DNA of 57,202 bases, counting the filler, from Sluysia triapertura (Eukaryota), in the NCBI GenBank assembly GCA_046118255.1. It is 4 parts of 4 records of this genome, joined end to end, with 100 filler letters (N's around TTAATTAATTAA, not from the genome) between each part and the next. Parts side by side here need not be neighbours in the genome. Positions count along the whole stretch, not along the records: positions 37,760 to 57,202 come from JBJNIA010068731.1; 3 more parts are not named here. The stretch is one strand, 5' to 3'. The position numbers were made by a program, and so were the translations under genes. A model generated the notes under the pieces. It worked only from the letters and a program-made list of their open reading frames with translations, was not told the DNA's origin and did not search any database. This document shows positions 54,742 through 57,202 of the stretch, piece by piece. Position 1 is the stretch's first letter. Every line of letters begins with the position of its first letter.

Positions 54742-55430
54742 ATGGACTCATTACAACATATTAAAAGTAAAACTAGGAAAACTAGTAAAACCGTAGAAGA
54801 TTTAAGAAATTTTAAGGCATATTTCTCTAAACATGAGACCCGCAGTTATTCTCCCAGAAATGCGTAAGTTTAATGGAAACGAAGAATAATTATGTGATTT
54901 TCTTTTCGAATATGACAGCGTTGTAGAAGACAACGGCTGGTCAGAAATAGATAAGATTAAGTGAATTCAGAATTACTTAACTGGAGTTGCAATTCAGACA
55001 TACAAAAAGATTGAACAAGAGAAAAAAGATTGGACTACTTTTTTAAATACATTCACAGAAGAAATTGCTTCAGATGATAGAGGTAAATATTATCTTAGAA
55101 TGTTGAATATTATGAAACAAAAAGATGCCGAAACAGTCTATGAATTCGCTTGCGCGTTAAATTTTTAGTAGTTAGAGCTAAGATACCTAACGATAAGAGT
55201 CAATATTAATAGACAAATTTAAAAATAGTTTAAGACCTGAATTACAAGTATTTGTAAGTTTGATAGATAATCAGCCGTTCAAGGAAGTAGTAAAGAAATT
55301 AGGGGTATTGAAAGACCCCAGAAGGAAACTGAAAAATCACAAATTATATAGATAATCCTAAGGTTAAGACTACTAATTTAAGTGGTGAATCAACTAAAAA
55401 TAAGTTTAGAGTCTATTTTGAGGATAATAA
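54742..55430 (+). pseudogene. gag: Ty3/gypsy gag (capsid) relic
   Basis: LPEMRKFNG...CDFLFEYDSVVEDNGWSEIDKIK.IQNYLTGVAIQTY...DWTTFLNTF...MKQKDAETVYEFA...FKNSLRPEL follows the retrotransposon capsid pattern; contains stops and frameshifts. Confidence 0.85.
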
Positions 55431-55454
55431 TTTTGAAACAAACCGTTTGTAACT

Positions 55455-56440
55455 CGTATCCATAGTTTCACATCATTACACATTACTAACTTGCATAAGA
55501 AGTGTAGTAGAGGCAATAGGATATCCCAATTCGATTGCGTTGCTTTTCCATTTACCTTCATCCACCTTTCAGTCTTTTCTCCCTATTTATACAAATATGA
55601 CACGGTAAATTTGGCTCGATAGCAGAACGGAACATCTTTCACTCATGTTCCTCCAATGACTGCCTACGATGAGGATCGATTGGTTTATATCGCGTACTCT
55701 TACGCCTTCGATTTCCTTGACCGCCCACATGTAACATAACTATCTTGTACCCCATATTCAAAGCAATTCCATATCGATACGTATAAAGAACTTTGCGAGA
55801 GATATCCAGGAGATCAAGGATATCTCTGAGGCTAAGGATATCGATTATGTCCGCCCCTTCTTACCAGGGCATTTGCACGATAAAATCATGGTGTCTCTAA
55901 ACCCATGTTTTATCATTAAGAATATTGATTTGCTTTTTGGGTGGCTTAAAAGGATTATTAACTTATCTAACCACAATCTTATATCAACACGACTGATGAC
56001 GCAATCTCACGTGGACGGCAAGCCTTCAGATTGTTATATCCTGTATTGCCACGTATGACCTGATCACGGATGGCTTTTGAATTAGTTTCACTGTTGGATC
56101 TAATCCGTGAGAGGGACTTGCCCTTTATTCCCAATTGTTCGGTACCTCTTCCTTCACTCTTTTCTACATCTAATTCTACTAGTAATGCTTTCGACGCACC
56201 ACCACCACCACCATCATCATCAATGCCACCACTATCTACATCATCGCAGCGAAATCTGCAAAACCCATAGTATCTAAGTCGGCCAAACAACCTACAGTTC
56301 GACATCCATCTCCGAGTCCGACTCACATTCCGTATGGAGAAAGAACGTGGAAGAAAGGACGGTATCAATCGATGACAAGCTCTGCCTATCCGTCATCATG
56401 GGATGACTATAGCGATGTCGATTTAGACAATGTTTTTATA
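55455..56440 (+). pseudogene. Decayed accessory ORF with DEDDh 3'-5' exonuclease-like fold and Pro/Ser-rich tail
   Basis: SFTHVPPMTAYDEDRLVYIAYSYAFDFLDRPHVT*LSCTPYSKQFHIDTY / KNFARDIQEIKDISEAKDIDYVRPFLPGHLHDKIMVSLNPCF / GRQAFRLLYPVLP..RMAFEL..LIRERDLPFIPN, homologous to 19290-19800. Confidence 0.6.
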
Positions 56441-57202
56441 CATTATTCTAATAATTTGATGATATTTACATTCATTAACTACTACATTCACTTATATGAT
56501 TTTATTATATTCGATTCGAGACGAATCTTCCATAACGGGGAAGTAATGTAAATATTGTAAATCTTATGTAAAAATAAATTTTATGTAAAAACAATTGGTT
56601 TTAATAAAAATTTTAGTAAAAATTTAATTACTAATTTATTTCATTTAATTAGTAATTTATTTATGTAGAAACCATTTTCGAATTATTTATATTAAAAAAT
56701 TTTTACAATATTTAAAAAACGGAAATTATTCATTGACGACAAAAAATCCGAAATTTATTTATTAAAAGGATGTTCGAAAACATATAAATAGACTTGACTT
56801 CAACGTAGACGTCACAAGAGTAACGTTCTAAGATTATAACACTTTGCTGAAAAATTATCTTTTATGGAGAAAACTACCAGTATCAACGATAAAACCTTTC
56901 ATAATTTTCGTGGAGAAAACTGTCATCGTCAATTTCTGGAACTATAGTGGATTAAACTGCGATTTGGATATTCTTCACATTGTATGAATAAGTATGCTAT
57001 TTATTTTTAAGTCTGGCATTAATATTTTGCCTTAAAGTACACTTAAAATCATTGAATTTTTAAGCTCAAACATTCGCCTGAGTTAAAATCTGCTTTAAAC
57101 TTTGCAAATTATCAATTTTCTATATTTATAAATTTTGTAATTTATTCATATTTATATATTTATTCATATTTATGTATATATATTTATTCATATATATATA
57201 TA

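Larger units (their letters stand above)
54583..56546 (+). mobile_element. Ty3/gypsy-like LTR element internal region: PBS - gag - DEDDh-fold ORF - hairpin/PPT, no pol (copy B)
   Basis: PBS, gag relic, second ORF relic, hairpin GATTCG-AGA-CGAATC (56513-56527), purine tract acggggaagtaa, then TGTAAAT at 56547 as putative 3' LTR start. A matching 5' LTR could not be aligned by eye. Confidence 0.7.

Overview
Very AT-rich eukaryotic, probably invertebrate, DNA made of four segments (1-12067, 12168-25302, 25403-37659, 37760-57202) joined by identical artificial 100-bp linkers (N44-TTAATTAATTAA-N44), so adjacency across linkers is unproven. Host genes: (1) a mitochondrial Rho GTPase (Miro/RHOT) on the minus strand with six tiny 30-41 nt introns followed by a ~9.2 kb intron; its C-terminal half is not in the window; (2) GRAM-domain exons on the plus strand (10.7-11.9 kb), with a possible damaged GRAM/VASt continuation or paralogue at 31.2-32.3 kb; (3) an LDLa-plus-transmembrane protein exon (27.8-28.7 kb). 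The rest is mostly decayed mobile DNA: piggyBac, DD39D mariner, IS630/Tc1, hAT-like relics, a Polinton-type pPolB fragment, and multi-copy intronless ORF relics I could not identify. The most interesting item is a Ty3/gypsy-like element (tRNA-Lys-type PBS, gag, no pol) carrying an extra ORF that looks like a DEDDh exonuclease fold lacking its catalytic acidic residues. A second diverged copy of that ORF, with the same 3' hairpin/PPT layout, lies inside the large Miro intron. All family assignments come from reading motifs by eye; no database search was run.
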